Notes: generated from the sequence alone by a model not told the origin. A DNA stretch of 64,000 nt from the human T2T-CHM13v2.0 reference genome, Homo sapiens (GCF_009914755.1 NC_060932.1); one strand, 5' to 3'. Positions 43,330-57,794 are shown, counted from the first letter of the stretch. Made by a program: numbers and translations.

Positions 43330-46300
43330 TTTTATGCATGATTCAATATAAGTGGTAGATATTCTTGCCTTGTCCTTATTGTGAAAGAAAAAATTTCAAG
43401 GCTTCACATTTTAGAGTAATATTTGCAGAATATTTTTTATTATAATTTTCAATTAAAATTATTCTTTTATTTCTAGTTTGTTTTCTATTATGAATAAGTG
43501 TTAAATTTTACCAAAGACTTTTTCTGCATCTATTGACTTTACTCTATGATTTTCCCCTTTAATCTGTTAATGTACAAATATATTTATTGATTTTTAAAAT
43601 AGTAAGCCAACTTTAATTCCCAGAATAAAACCAACCATGACCTGTTTTTAGTTCAATTTTTGAGTATTTTATTTGATATAAATGTTTCTATCTTATGGAT
43701 TTGATAGTTTTATATCTTGTACTTTACGTTTCTGATTTTGTATCAAGGTTATGCTATTTTGGTGGTGCTTCTTCATTGTGTATTTTCTATAGTAGCTTTA
43801 AAAAAATTAGCAGACATTTTTCAGAGCAACGTTTGGTTTACATAAAAACAAGCACCAAGTACAGTGGACTACAATATATCTGCTCCCTCTCCCTCTCTGC
43901 TTCCCCTATTATTTTACATCTTGCCTTAGAGGGATGCCCTATAATTCCTGTGCTACTAATTATACATTATTATTAACTACTGTCTACAGTTTACATTGAG
44001 TTTAATTCTTTGTACATTCTATGGGTCCTAAAAATATATAGGTCTTTCAAAATATGCGTCTTAAAAAATATATGTGTCTTAAAAATATGTTTCCATTATT
44101 ACAGTATCATACAGAATAGTTTCACTGTGCTAAGAATGCCCTGTGATCCACATATTTAGCCCTTCATCCTTTTCCATAAACTCCTAGAAACCCATGAACT
44201 TTTTACTGTTTCTTAGTAATATTTATTTATGATCCCTCCATGTCTTTTCATGGCTTTATGGCTTATTTGCTTTTATCATTGAATAATATTCCACTGTACA
44301 GATGTACCACAGTGTGTTTGATCATTCATCTATTAAAGGACAATGTGGGTTTTTCTTTTTCCATTTTGGGCAATTGTGAATAATGTTGCTATAAACACTC
44401 ATTTACAGGTTTTGGTGTGGACATAAGTTTTTATTTCAGTTGGGTAAATACCAAGGAGCACAATTACTGAGTCATATAATAGCAGCATGTTTGTTTAGTT
44501 TTGTAGGAAATTACTAAATTGTCTTTCAAAGTAGATGTATCATTTTGCGTTCTCACCAACAGTGAATGAGAGTTCTTGTGGCTTGACATACTCACCAGCA
44601 TTTGGTGTTTTCAGCGATTGGGATTTTAAGCATTCTAATTATTTAGTGGTAACTCAATGTTGTTTTAATTTGCAGCTCTCTAATGACATATGATGTTGAG
44701 CATCTTTTATTACACTTTTTTGAAATATGTATATCTTCTATGATGAAGCATCTTAATCTTTTGCCTGTTTTTTTAAAAATATATCCTCCATTATCCCCTT
44801 CCCCTAGCCCCTGGTATCCACTATTCTACTTGAGGTTTATATGAATTGACTACTCTAGATACCTCATATAATTGGTATTATACAATATTTGTCCTTTTGT
44901 GACTAGCTTATTTCACTTAGCATGATATTTTCAAGCTCCATCCATGTTGTATCATGTAGCAAAATTTCATTCTTTTTAAGCTGAAAACTATATCATTGTA
45001 TGTATATACCACATTTTGTTCATCCATTGATTTGCCTCTACCTTCTGGCTGTTGTAAATAATATTGCTATGAACATTGGTATACAAGTATCTGTTCAGGT
45101 CTCTGTTTTCATTTCAATTATTCTGGGTATATGGCCAGAAGAATTGCTGGAGCATATGGTAATTCTATTTTCAATTTTTTTCAGAATCACCATATTATTT
45201 GCCACAGTCTCATCAACAATGCAAGCACAGGGGTTCCAATTTCTCTACATCCTGCCCAATATTTATTTTTATTTTTTAATAATAACCATCTTAATAGTTG
45301 CAAAATGGAATTATCACTGTAGTTTTGATTTCCATTTCCCTAGTGATTAGCAAAGTTGAGCTTTATTTCCCTTATTGGCAATCCATATACCTTTAGATGA
45401 TTTTCTATTCAAGTCCTTTGAGAATTTTTAAATTGTGCTTCCTTTTTATTATTGAGTTTTAGAATTATTTATATATTTTGGATATTAATTCCTTATCATA
45501 TATGTGATTTGCTATTTTTCCATTCTAAATGTTGTCTTTTCACTGTCTTGATAATATGTTTTGTGTACAAAAGTTTTTAATTTTGATGATGTTTATTTAT
45601 TTTTTCTTTTGTTGCCTGGTCTTCTGTTTAATATTAAAGAAATCATCAAATCTAATGTCATGAAGCTTTTCCCTTATGTTTATCTCTAAGAGCTTTAACT
45701 TTTTAACTCTTCCTTCAGTTAGATCTTTTATCCATTTTGAGTTAATGTTGGTATATGTTTGAGATAAGAGTCTAACTATATTTTTACATATGGATATACA
45801 CTTTTCCCAGCATTTGTTGAAACAATTGTCATTTACCCATTGAATGGTCATGGAAGCCTTGACAGAAATAATTTGACTGTAAATGTTAGGGTTAATTTCT
45901 GGGCTCTCTATTCTCCATTTGTCTATATGTCTGTCTTCATGCCAAACCACATTGTTTTCATTATTGTGGCTTTGCAGGAAGTTTTGTCCTCAGGAAGTAT
46001 AAGTTATTCAACTTTATTCTTTCTTTGAAAAAACTTTTAAGGCTACCTGAAGTGCCTTGGGATTCCATATGAACTTTGTGATGCATTTTTCAATTTGTGC
46101 AAAAAAGCATCATTGGAATTTTGATCAAGATTGTTATGAATCTGTAGATTGGCTTGGGTAGTATTGTCATCTTGACAATATTAAGTCTTTCAAATCATGA
46201 ACATGAGATGTTTTTAAATTTATATCTTCTTTAACTTCAGCAATGGTTTGTAATTTTGAGTGTATATGTCTTGTCTCTCCTTGGTTTTAAGTTTGTTCTT

Positions 46301-48850
46301 AAGTAGTATTCTATTCTTTCTAATAATATTGTAAATGGTATTGTTTTCTCAATTTCCTTTTTGGGTTACGCATTGCTAGCCAGTGTATTAAAATGCAGCT
46401 ATTTATTGTATGTGTGTTGATTTTGTATCCTGCAACTTTGTTAATTTATTAGTCTAAGATGTTTTTGTGGGATTTTTAGGGTTTTCTACATATAAGACTA
46501 CATTATCTGCAAATATATTTTATGTTATTCTTTCTTTCCAATTTGGTTGCCTTTTTATTTCTTTTTCTTGCCTAATTGCTTTGGCTAAAATTTTGCTGTA
46601 TAACATAAATTTTTGTATGTTGTGTTTTTATTTACATTTCTCAAAATATTTTCCAATTTTCCTTGTGATTTCTTTCTTGAATGACTGGTTGATTTAAAAG
46701 GTAGTGAATTTTTTCACATCATTTATTTTGTCTTCTATATATTTTAAACATCAGAAACACAATAATTATTGTTTTCTACAGTCAACATTTATTTATTCTT
46801 GCTTAATCATATATTTACTCTTTCTATTTCTTGCATTCCTTTCTATATTTCTGTGTTTATTTCTGTTAAAAATTTTCCTCAGCCTGAAGAAAGTATGGTG
46901 GCTAAAATTAACATTTTTTCTGATAAGTGTTTTTTTGAATGTTTTATCTTTAGGTCAGAATTTTCTTTCAGTAGTTTAAAAAATATAATCTGTTTTATAT
47001 TGACTTACATGATCTCTTCTGAGAAGTCAGATGCATTTTACTTTTGCTTCTTGAGGAACACCTGCTTTTAATGTTTTCTTTTTGACATTGGTGTTCAAGT
47101 GTTTGCATATGATTTGCTCAAGTGTAGTTTTCATCATACTCGTAACTTACAGAGCTACTGGATTCTACTAAGGATTATCTTTCTTAAGTTTTGGACATTT
47201 TTAAATCATTACTTAATTTTGCTTTTTCTATATTCTCTATTTAATCCTTTTGGGATTAAATTTACACCAAATTTATGGTTTTGTACTGTGTTCCAAATAC
47301 ATGTTAGATTTTATTCTGAATCTCTCAAGCTTTCATTCTTTGTTCTTCAATCTGGGTGTTTTAAAGCTATTTTCTAGTTCTATTATTATTCCGCCATTTC
47401 TAATTTGCTTTTACAGCCTTGTATTGTGTTCCTGACTTACTCATATTATTTTTCCATTTTTAAATTTCTTTACTTTTAATAGATTTCAATTGTGTGGGGA
47501 AATTTCATCTTCTCTATTTTTAGAATTTATTAATCAATTTTTCTCATATCTAAGCCATAATTATTTGGCATATTCTTTTTATATCCTTGTAAAGTCTATA
47601 TAATTTGTAGTGATAACTCCACTTTTTTCCTGGTATTGTTAATTTATGTATTATCTTTTATTGTATTGACACCCAGCTAGTGTCCACTGGAGACCCTTTT
47701 GGTGAATTGCTTGGTGTGTGAGAAAATACCCCAACACATCAGGAGTCACAGAAGTGTTCTTTGTTGATTACATTAATTTTCTGCTACCTCTCACAGTAGT
47801 TTCAATTGCCTGATTTTCTTCTTGATACCTTTCTATTTCCTTACAAACCTCCTTAAATAATTTGCAATGGAATGTTTAACAATGATGGTAAGTTTTACAA
47901 GAGAGGCTTTATAGTTTTCTCTTGGCAGAAATAGTGTGGGTCTGATTAGTTTAAATCCATTTATGGATTGAGCTATGTAAATACAAGTTCATAGCTTTAT
48001 AAATCTAAGACACAGTTTTATAAATCTCTTACACCATATTTCAATGGTGTAAGTATCTAAATCTTTCACCTAAAAAACTGCAGCATCTTTATCTCCTCAG
48101 CATCAAGAAACTCTAAGAATTACAGCAGTGCTTTAGAGAAATTTTTGAATTAGATTTTAGCTTAAGAATATGGAAAATGTGTTTAGGGAGATAATGGCTG
48201 TATGATCTAGCCCTTCACAACTCCACTTTCCAACCCCTGCATTTCAAGAAAATGATAATAATTCTGTTGTTTATTTTTGTCTCCTAAAAATTGCCCTGAT
48301 TACTGTCAAGCTGGAGTTATACTTCTAAATGTGCCAAATTGGTAAGGGCCTCTTTGAAAAGAGGACAATCATTAGTTTGAAATTATCATTCCTTAAAGAA
48401 CTAACAAGTCTCACTTGTTTTTTATGGTTTTTCAGGTTAGTAATTGCATGTTGAATTATTCTAAAGTTTAATAATGTACATCATATTCATTCTACGTTCA
48501 TGGAAGCTTCCAATATTTGCTTAACTTGCTAAAAAATTTAGGAAGAAAGACTTTAATTTTATTGAATTATTTTTTATTATTTAATTATATCATGTGTTTT
48601 TTTCCATTAATATCTTACTTGAATGAATCGTATTAGTGAATTTCCTAAAGCTGAATGATATTTTAATTTTTAGGATAAACCCTCCTTAGTTTTGGTTTAT
48701 TATTTTTTAATACACAAGTGAGATGTGTGGTGTTAATATTATATATGAATTTGTCTTCTTAAATATTCTGTGTGTAGAATTTTGGGGGCTAATATGAGAT
48801 GTTTTATGATCTTGATATAAAAATAATGCAATACTTATAAATCACAGTTT
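43330..48850 (-). mobile_element. Stack of nested old L1M elements (L1MB/MA/ME-like)
   Basis: Several reverse-complement L1 3' ends and ORF2 segments, e.g. minus ORF 45597-45950 (WHEDRHIDKWRIESPEINP...). Confidence 0.75.
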
Positions 48851-50069
48851 TTCATCTAATAACTGGACCACATTTATACTGCTGATTGAATACAAGTGTG
48901 CCACAAGGTATTGAGTCTGATGGCCTGCAGGTGATGAGGTTGTAGAGTAAATATTGTTTCAATGAGAAGGATCTTCAAGGAGTGACAGAGCAGAGCAGAA
49001 TGTGATAATGGGACCCTATTGCCCCAGGAGGCAGCAATGATGATTAGAAAAATCTTGAAATTTCTGATATTTCCCAATGAGCTGAGGATATCCAAAGAAG
49101 TACACAACCACCTGTGCAATTTTTTCAGAAATTGGTTGTAGAATGTATGTGAACAAGAGGGACACAAAGATTACAGAGAAATGTATTTTCTGGACACTCA
49201 GAGTGCATAGGGTGTAAAACAATGTGAAATGGGGGACTGAATTGGCCAGAATATTCTATCTGTGTGTGATTTATGCCACTTTGATAACACTTAAATTAAC
49301 TACAATGTGATTTTTCTTAAAGTGCTTGCGTATTCTAGAAATTAAAGTTATGGCATTACTTGGAAAATGGCATTAAAAATTGATTTTTAAGAAAATCACA
49401 TAATGACTAGAAATTTTAACATCAAATTTATCAACAAATAAAAAAGAATGTTGTTGAAGCTTAAAATGATTTTGTCATGAATTGTAAATGGATGTACAGT
49501 AATTTCATTTTATAATTGCTTACTTATGTAAGCAGTTTTCTCATTCAGAATTTTATAGAGCTTATCTGCCTTCTTGGTATTTCTTGGTCAGATGTATGTG
49601 ACAAAGTAAACACAAAAATTGATATGAGAATATTCACAAAGCAATTCTCTCACTGAAATTTGAAAAAATGTACATAGAACTTTTAGGTAAATGTAATAGT
49701 AAATATGTGTCCTAATATTTTGCAATTAATCTTTCTTAAACAATTATGAAATCTAATGAAAATTTAATAAAAATAAGTTATCCCAACCTCTTTTTATTTA
49801 ACTAATTGGGACATTATTAACATTAATTTCTGAGTATAACATGACATGAAAAATTCAGATTATAGAGTGATTTGGGGCACTTTTTATATTTTGTTTCTAT
49901 GATATTAACAAGGTTAAGTGATGTAAATATATTTGCTTCCAAAATTTTTGCTCAAAACTAATAATGAATTTGGACCTGCTGTTCATATAAGACTTAGAAT
50001 AATTGATTATATTTTTAACTTTTTTCCCCACCAACTATTGACCCATATAAGTTAAAATTTATTGTAATG

Positions 50070-50385
<316 letters not shown>

Positions 50386-50644
50386 TTATACAAAAATTGG
50401 CAATTTTATCCATCTTTTAATTTTTTTCTAAAAATATATATATTTCTGATATATCTTATTTTTCTCATTCTTATTTTTGATATGTTCATTGTGGTGTATT
50501 TTTGCTTGTATTTGCTGATATATGTATTGTTCTATTTCCTAATTTTCACTTTTTAATACGTTGTGATAATCTCTGCGTTTTATTAAGATGCTTGTTGTTC
50601 CTGACATTATATGCTCTTTATTTCTTATATTTCACATTTAAACA

Positions 50645-53600
50645 TTTTTCTTTTTTATTTTTTAATTAATTATGAATTAATTTTTGGCTTTCATTTTAAG
50701 TTCAAGGGTACGTGTGAAAGGATGTGCAGTTTTGTTACATAGGTGAACATGTGTCATGGGAATTTGTGATACTGCTTATTTCATCACCCAGGTATTAAGC
50801 CTAGTATCCATTAGTTATTTCTCCTGACCCACTCCTCCTCCCAATCTCTGCACTCAGGTGGGCCCCACTGTGTGTTGTTCCCCTCTATGTGTCCATGTGT
50901 TGTCATCATTTCGTTCCCACTTATAAGTGAGAACGTGTGGTATTTGATTTTCTGTTCCTGTGTTTGTTTGCCAAGGATAATGGCCTCCAGCTCCATCCAT
51001 GTCCCAGCAAAGGACATGATCTCATACTTTTTATGGGTGCATAGTATTCCATGGTGTATATGTACCACATTTTGTTTATTAAGTCTATCCTTGATGGGCA
51101 TTTAGGTTGATTCCATGTATTTGCTATTGTGACTAGTGCTGCAATGCACATATGCCTGCATGTGTCTTTATAATAGAATGAGTTACATTCCTTTGGGTAT
51201 ATACCCAGAAATAGGATTGCTGGGTTGAATGGGATTTCTGTCTTTGGGTCTTTGAGGAATCACCACACTGTCTTCCACAGTGGCTGAACTAATTAACACT
51301 CCCACCAACAGTGTATAAGTATTCCTTTTACTCTACAACCTTGCCAGCATCTGTTATTTTTTGACTTCTTAATAACAGCCATTCTGACTGGCATGAAATG
51401 GTATCTCATTGTGGTCTTGATTTTTATTTCTCTAATGATTAGTGATGTTAGGCTTTTCTTTTTTTCATATAACTGTTGGCTGCATGTATGTCTTTTTTGA
51501 AAAGTTTCTGTTCATGTCATTTGCCCACTTTTTAATGGGGTTTTTTTTCTTCTTCTTGTAAATTTAAGTTCCTATCAATGCTGGATATTAGACCTTTTTC
51601 AGATACATAGTTTGCAAATATTTTCTCCCATTCTGTAGGTTGTCTGTTTACTCTGTTGATAGCTTCTTTTGCTGTATGGAAGCTCTTTGATAATATCCCA
51701 TTTGTCAATTTTTGCTTTTGTTTCAATTGCTTTTGGCATCTGCATCATGAAATCTTTTCCGGTGCCTATGTCTTGAATGATATTGCCTAGGTCTTATTCC
51801 AAGGTTTTTGTAGTTTTGGATTTTAATTTTAAGTCTTTAGTCCATCTTAAGTTGATTTTTGTATATGGTGTAAGGAAGGGGTTCAGTTTCAGTTTTCTGC
51901 ACATGGCTAGCCAGTTATCTCAGCACCATTTGTTGAATAGAGTATCCACTCCCCATTGTTTGTTTCTGTCAAGTCTGTTGAAGATTAGATAGTTGTCGGT
52001 GTGTGATCTTATGTCTGGGTTCTCTGCTGTTCCATAGGTCTATGTGTTCTGTCCTTGTACCAGTACTATGCAGTTTTGATTACTGTAGTCCTGTGATATA
52101 GTTTGAAGTCAGGTAGTTTGATGCCTCCAGCTTTGTTCTTTTTGCATAGGATTGCCCTGGCCATTTGGACTCTTTTTTGCTTCCCAGTGAATTTTAAAAT
52201 AGTTTTCTCTAGTTCTGTGAAGCAAGTCAATGTTAATTTAACGGGAATAGCGTTGAATCTATAAATAGCTTTGGGCAGTGAGGCTGTTTTCACAATATTG
52301 ATTCTTCCTATCCGTGAGCATGGAATGTTTTTCTATTTATTTGTGTCATCTGCGATTTCTTTGAGCAATGTTTTGTAGTTCTTGTAGAGACCTTTCACCT
52401 GCCTAGTTAGCTGTATTCCTAGGTATTTTATTCTTTTTGTGGCAATTGTGAATGGGACTTCATTAGCGATTTGGCTCTCCGGTTGACTGTTGTTGGTGTA
52501 TCAGAATGCTAGCAATTTTTGTACATTGATTTTGTATCCTGAGATTTTGCTAAAGTTGCTTATCAGCTTAAGAAGCTTTGAGGCTGAGACAATGAGGTTA
52601 TTTTTAGATATAGGATCATGTCATCCACAAAGCGGAATAATTTACCTTCCTTTCTTTCTATTTTAATGCCTTTATTTCTTTGTCTTGCCTGATTGCCCTG
52701 CCCAGAACTGTAAATATTATGTTAAATAGGATTGGTGAGAGAGGGCACCTTAGCTCATGTCAGTTTTCAAGGGGAAATGCTTCCAGCTTTTGCCCGTTGA
52801 TTATGATGTTAGCGGTGGTTTTGTCATACATGGCTCTTATTGTTTTGAGGTATGTTCCTTCAATAGCTAGTTTATTGAGAGTTTTTAACTTGAAGGGATG
52901 TTGAATTTTATCAGAAGTCTTTTCTGAAGGAAATTGAGACACACACAAAAACATTCAAAAGATTAACCAATTCAGGAGTTTATTTTTTGAAAAAATTATA
53001 AGATAAATAGACCACTAGCTATACTAACCAAGAAGAAAAAAGAGAAGATTCAAGTACACACAATCAGAAATGATAAAGGGGATATTACTACTGACTGCAC
53101 AGAAATACAAACAACCATCAGAGAATATTATAAACACCTCTATGCACATGAACTAGAAAATTAGAAGAAATGGATAAATTCCTGGACACATACACTCTCC
53201 CAAGAATGAACAAAGAAGAAATTGAATCATTGAAAAGACCAATAACAAGCTCTGAAATTGGGGCAGTAATAAATAGCCTACCAACCAAAAAAAGCCCAGG
53301 ACGATAGATTCACAGGTGATTTCTACCTGAGGTACAAAGATGAGCTAGTACAATTACTACTGAAACTATTCCATAAAATTGGAAAGGAACCCCTCCCTAA
53401 CTCATTCTATGAGGACAGCATCATCCTGATACCAAAATCTGGCAGACACACAACAAAAAATTAAAATTTTAGGCCTATATCTTGCATGAACATCGATGCA
53501 AAAATCCTCAACAAAATACTGGTCAACCGAATTCAGAAGCACATCAAAAAAGATTATCCACCACAATCAGATAGTCTTCATCTCCAGGATGCAAGGTTGG

Positions 53601-53709
53601 TTCAACATATGGAAATCAATAGATGTGATTCATCACAAACAGAACTAAAGACAAAAAAGTCACAATTATCTCAAAAGATGCAGAAAAGGCTTTTGATAAA
53701 ATTCAACAT
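50645..53709 (-). mobile_element. L1PA13-like element with a 5' inversion (twin priming)
   Basis: Minus segment 50645-52926, then plus segment 52924-53709 of contiguous upstream ORF2 ([12 protein letters not shown]...). CTG microhomology at the junction. Confidence 0.88.
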
Positions 53710-54654
53710 ATTTTTAAATTTTTTATAAATCATTTTTAATGTTTTATCTTGCCATGACTTGCCCTAATACAAAGTAAATTCTATAATGTGACTTTGTTTT
53801 GGCTGGGGGGACCCAGTTACCTGGGAATTTAAACATTTGTTTATTTTTCCTTATTTGTCTATTTCTATGCCCAGCTTAAATAAAACCTATTTCTCCTTGC
53901 ACATGCAGTTAAGGAGTGACCATTTTTGCGTTTGTACCTACCCTTTACCTTAAACCTCTAACATTTGTGGTTTTTGGGAAATTTTGGACTTGAAGTTCCT
54001 GATATTATAAGGGATTATATGCATTATGTTAATTCTGTGTTTTAATTATGTTACAGTTAAAAGTATAATATATTTAGATTTGCTATCCTAGATCAAATGT
54101 TCTGTCATGTCCTTGTACTTTCATTGGAGGGGTGGGGAACTGGAATAACACTTTGTCAAAATATAGAGGAAAATATATATGTGAGAAAAATGCATTCAGA
54201 GATATTGATATCAAAATGCAAAAATGATGGTCTTCCATATAAATGACACTTTTGTTGTTTAAGAATTATCATATTTTGGTTTACCTTCAAACTTTGAAAC
54301 TCTGTTCTACTATACAGTTGCTTTTAGTCTTATCAGGGAAGAGTCTGATGCTATATTTAGTCTCTTTACACTGTACAGAATATTGTAAGGTTATCTTTTG
54401 TGTGTGTGTGTTCTTAGAATTATTGCCAGGTTTGTGCTTGTTTTTCTTTTTTCTCTTTGAAAGCCAATTGTTACGTAATCTCCAAAATATCACATTTTTC
54501 TTCATCTTTTGTTAAAGTTGCTTTGCTCTGGCTGTTTCTTTTAAAGTTAGCAAAATAAAATAATGAGATCCTTTGTTGTCTTCAGGTATTTAAATAAATG
54601 TAAATTAATTCAGAAGAGGATTACAGTTGTGGAATAAGTTAAAAAGATGCATAA

Positions 54655-54760
54655 GGCCAGATCACTCCTGTAATCCTAGCAATTTGAGAAGCTGATGCAG
54701 GAGGATTACTTGAGCCCAGGAGTTCAAGACCAGCCTGGGCAACAAAGCAAGACCCCATCT
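54655..54760 (+). mobile_element. FLAM-type Alu monomer
   Basis: ggccag...gcaggaggattacttgagcccaggagttcaagaccagcctgggcaac...ccccatct. TSD aaaaagatgcataa / aaaaaaatgcataa. Confidence 0.88.
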
Positions 54761-55917
54761 AAAAAAATGCATAAGTGATATTCTGATTCTAATATTAAAA
54801 TACTGTGCACTAAATATTCAACAACAAAAACATGGATATATAAAATAGAATACTACTTCATGGAATTCAGGGCTATAATTCAAACTCACTTTATTGAAAT
54901 CTCTTTTGATATGTAGAAAAGAGGTAATCAATTTCAATATACTATATAAACAATTTAGCAAAATGAGTATAAACGGAAAGGACACAATATCTATAGGAAA
55001 ATTACAGGGAATACTTACACTACTGAATATTATGAGTCTAATTTTAAAAATGTGCCTGTGATGTCTTTATACATACAGGTATGAGAAGAAGTTCATAGTA
55101 TATTGTTATGGATATTATTTGGTAAAAATCTATTAATGTATATGTGTGTTTGTGGATGTGAGTACGTGTATTTATAAATGCATTTGATATATATGAATGA
55201 AACACAACATCTTTAGCAGTTGGAAATGGGACTTAAATAGTGGTTGAGGAATTTCAGTTCTATACACTTTTATTGTTTGAATTTTACAAAATATGTACTT
55301 ACTTGTTTTATTTTAAAATGAAAATACTAAACTGTAGAAATATTAATACAAAGGCATGAATAATACAGAAACATTGTCAAATGTTAACTTCTAGCAATGG
55401 AATCTTATCATAAAGTTGTATTTGATTGTTGATTTATAATATTTGCTTTGCACGTATGTTATTTTATTATGGAAAATATAATTACTTAAAAATAAAATGC
55501 ACATTATTGACCAATAATGTCAAATGTTGAAAAGGGGCTAGGATAAGGAATTAAAGTGGCCAATCAATTGATATTTATTTTATCACAATGCTTTCTATAG
55601 ACATTGAAGTGCATGAATAGAAAATGTCCAAATAGTGACAACGAATGTTTCCAAATTACTAAATAACAGTCATTTAAAAAATTTAACCTCTCTGAATATG
55701 AAGACTACAACTTTATTAAATCTTATTTTTTAAAGACGATTGAAGAAGACATTAATGCTCAATGTATAGAGGCCAGAAATAAACTTTCATGTAGGTATTT
55801 TCCCATTTGGCCATTATGTTGTCAAAATTTTTACCACTTTTTCTAACCTATTTCTCACATTATATAGTCATAATAATCTTAAGAAAAAATAATTATTCTA
55901 TGAAATTTAGTTATTTA

Positions 55918-55953
55918 TATCAGATACAAAGACCTTGTATCAGATACAAAGAC
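55918..55953 (+). repeat. Tandem duplication with 20-nt period just upstream of the exon F acceptor
   Basis: tatcagatacaaagac cttg tatcagatacaaagac. Confidence 0.85.
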
Positions 55954-55992
55954 TAAGACGACTCAAACTGTTTCTGTATTTTTCTGTTTCAG

Positions 55993-56107
55993 ATATGTAA
56001 TAATTTTGGTAATTGTCAATGCTTCCCTGGACATAGACCTCCAGATTGTAAATTCCAGTTTGGTTCCCCAGGGGGTAGTATTGATGATGGAAATTTTCAG
56101 AAATCTG
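55993..56107 (+). CDS. ADAM18: ADAM18 internal coding exon F (EGF-like domain: ICNNFGNCQCFPGHRPPDCKFQFGSPGGSIDDGNFQKS)
   Basis: Splice sites ttttctgtttcag|ATA and TCTG|gtaagt; 115 nt, phase 0-1. ADAM EGF pattern CNN..NC.C..G..PP.C and the GGSID motif. Confidence 0.95.
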
Positions 56108-56208
56108 GTAAGTGGAAATTTGTTTTCTAAAGCAAAATAGAAGGTTGTTTTATATAAAGTTAATTAAACAAATCTAAGTCATCTTGAATGGTAGCTTCAT
56201 CTACATTG

Positions 56209-57443
56209 CAGCAGTCCCTCCTTATTTGTGGGGGATACATTCTAAAACCCTCAGTGGATGCCTGAAACTGTAGATAGCACCAAGCTCTAAATGTACTATG
56301 CTTTTTCCTACATATACATATCTATGATAAAGATCATCAATCAGGCTCAGTAACAGCAATGATTAACTGTCCTTCCATGTTTTATGCCATGGCGTCTCCT
56401 TTGCACTTTCATTACTGAAGGTTCTACTGGTCTTCCAGAAGACTGTGGCAGCTGATTTTTCATCAGGAGACACAGCCTCTCCAGCAATTTTTCTGTTTTT
56501 CAGTCCAAACCTATTCCTGAATCTGTGTAACCATCTCTTACTTGCAATAAATGGCTCACTCATTTCAGGGAATTCCATGCTGAAGTATTTCTACAGGTTC
56601 AAATGTCTTCTGGTGCAACACGTTGCTGTTAATCAGAACACATGTTCTGTTCATGTCTTCTACTTACAAATTTAACGTCTTTTCTGTCTTAACTAAGCAT
56701 TTATCATGCACTGCAGTCTTAACTTTTGTAGTTTGAGATACATCTGCAAAACCGGTGCAGATTTCTTTCTCCTTCTTTACAATTTTATGAACTGAAGATT
56801 TGTTTTAACCATAGATCTTAGCAATGAATAGTTTCCTTATTAAGGAAAATATGTATGTATGTATATTTTGTATGTATATTTTGTCAAATGTTGACATTTG
56901 TAAATATAAACATACAAGTTTATTTAAATATTAAAATATTTATAATTATACACATACATTTGTAAGTATACATATACATTTTTTCTTACATATATTTGGA
57001 ATATGTATGTATTAATATATTTTCCTTATGAAGTCAAGAGTATTCACCCTTTTCCTTAAGGAAAGAATTTTTGGCTTCTCTTTGGCATATACAAATTGAT
57101 GACCTCACTAATCTTGCCCTTTGGGATCATGATGAAGTAAAATAAGGGTGATTTGAACAAAGCACTGTAACGGCGTAACAGTCAACCTGATAACCAAGAT
57201 GGCAAAGTGACTAATGGACAGGTAGCATATACGGCATGTATTCGTTGGACTTGGGAATGATTCAGGTCCTGGGTGAGACAGAAAGGAATGATGGGAGATT
57301 TCATCATGCTACCCAGAACAGCATGCAGTTTAAAACTTATGAATTGTTGATTTCTGGAATTTTTCATTTAATATTTTCAGACAGTGGTTGCCCATGGTTG
57401 TTACTGTGCAACCAAAACTGTAGATAAGGGGGAGTGACTACTG
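56209..57443 (-). mobile_element. Tigger7/MER44-type DNA transposon, internally deleted
   Basis: TIR-like ends cagcagtccctccttat and ataagggggagtgactactg+TA. Minus ORF 56363-56578 keeps a CENP-B-type HTH remnant FIASKRWLHRFRNRFGLKNRKIAGEA. Confidence 0.85.
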
Positions 57444-57794
57444 TAATCTTACACAGTATTTATAATCAGATATTCTCAGAGATATTCAGCTTCAATTAAC
57501 TCAAATAAGTTAGAACACAGTACTAATAAGTTTCAACAAATGTCATTCAACAAAATTTTTAAAATCTCATATAGAATTATAAAAACTAAACAAATGATTT
57601 TCATTCCATATTATTACAAACTCTGTAGGCTGTTAAAAAACAACTGTACCATACAGTATTTATTCTCAATGAACTCTGGAAAAACATGGCAAAATATAAA
57701 TGCATTTCTTTAAGAAAGGATAGTAAAATCAATCACATTTTGAGTGATGGCATAACATTTATGCTTTATTTGTTTCTATAAATGAAGGCAATAT

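Noticed and set aside
56363-56578. CENP-B/TIGD-like ORF as a domesticated transposase
   Set aside because: It is a short remnant in an internally deleted Tigger with no DDE domain.
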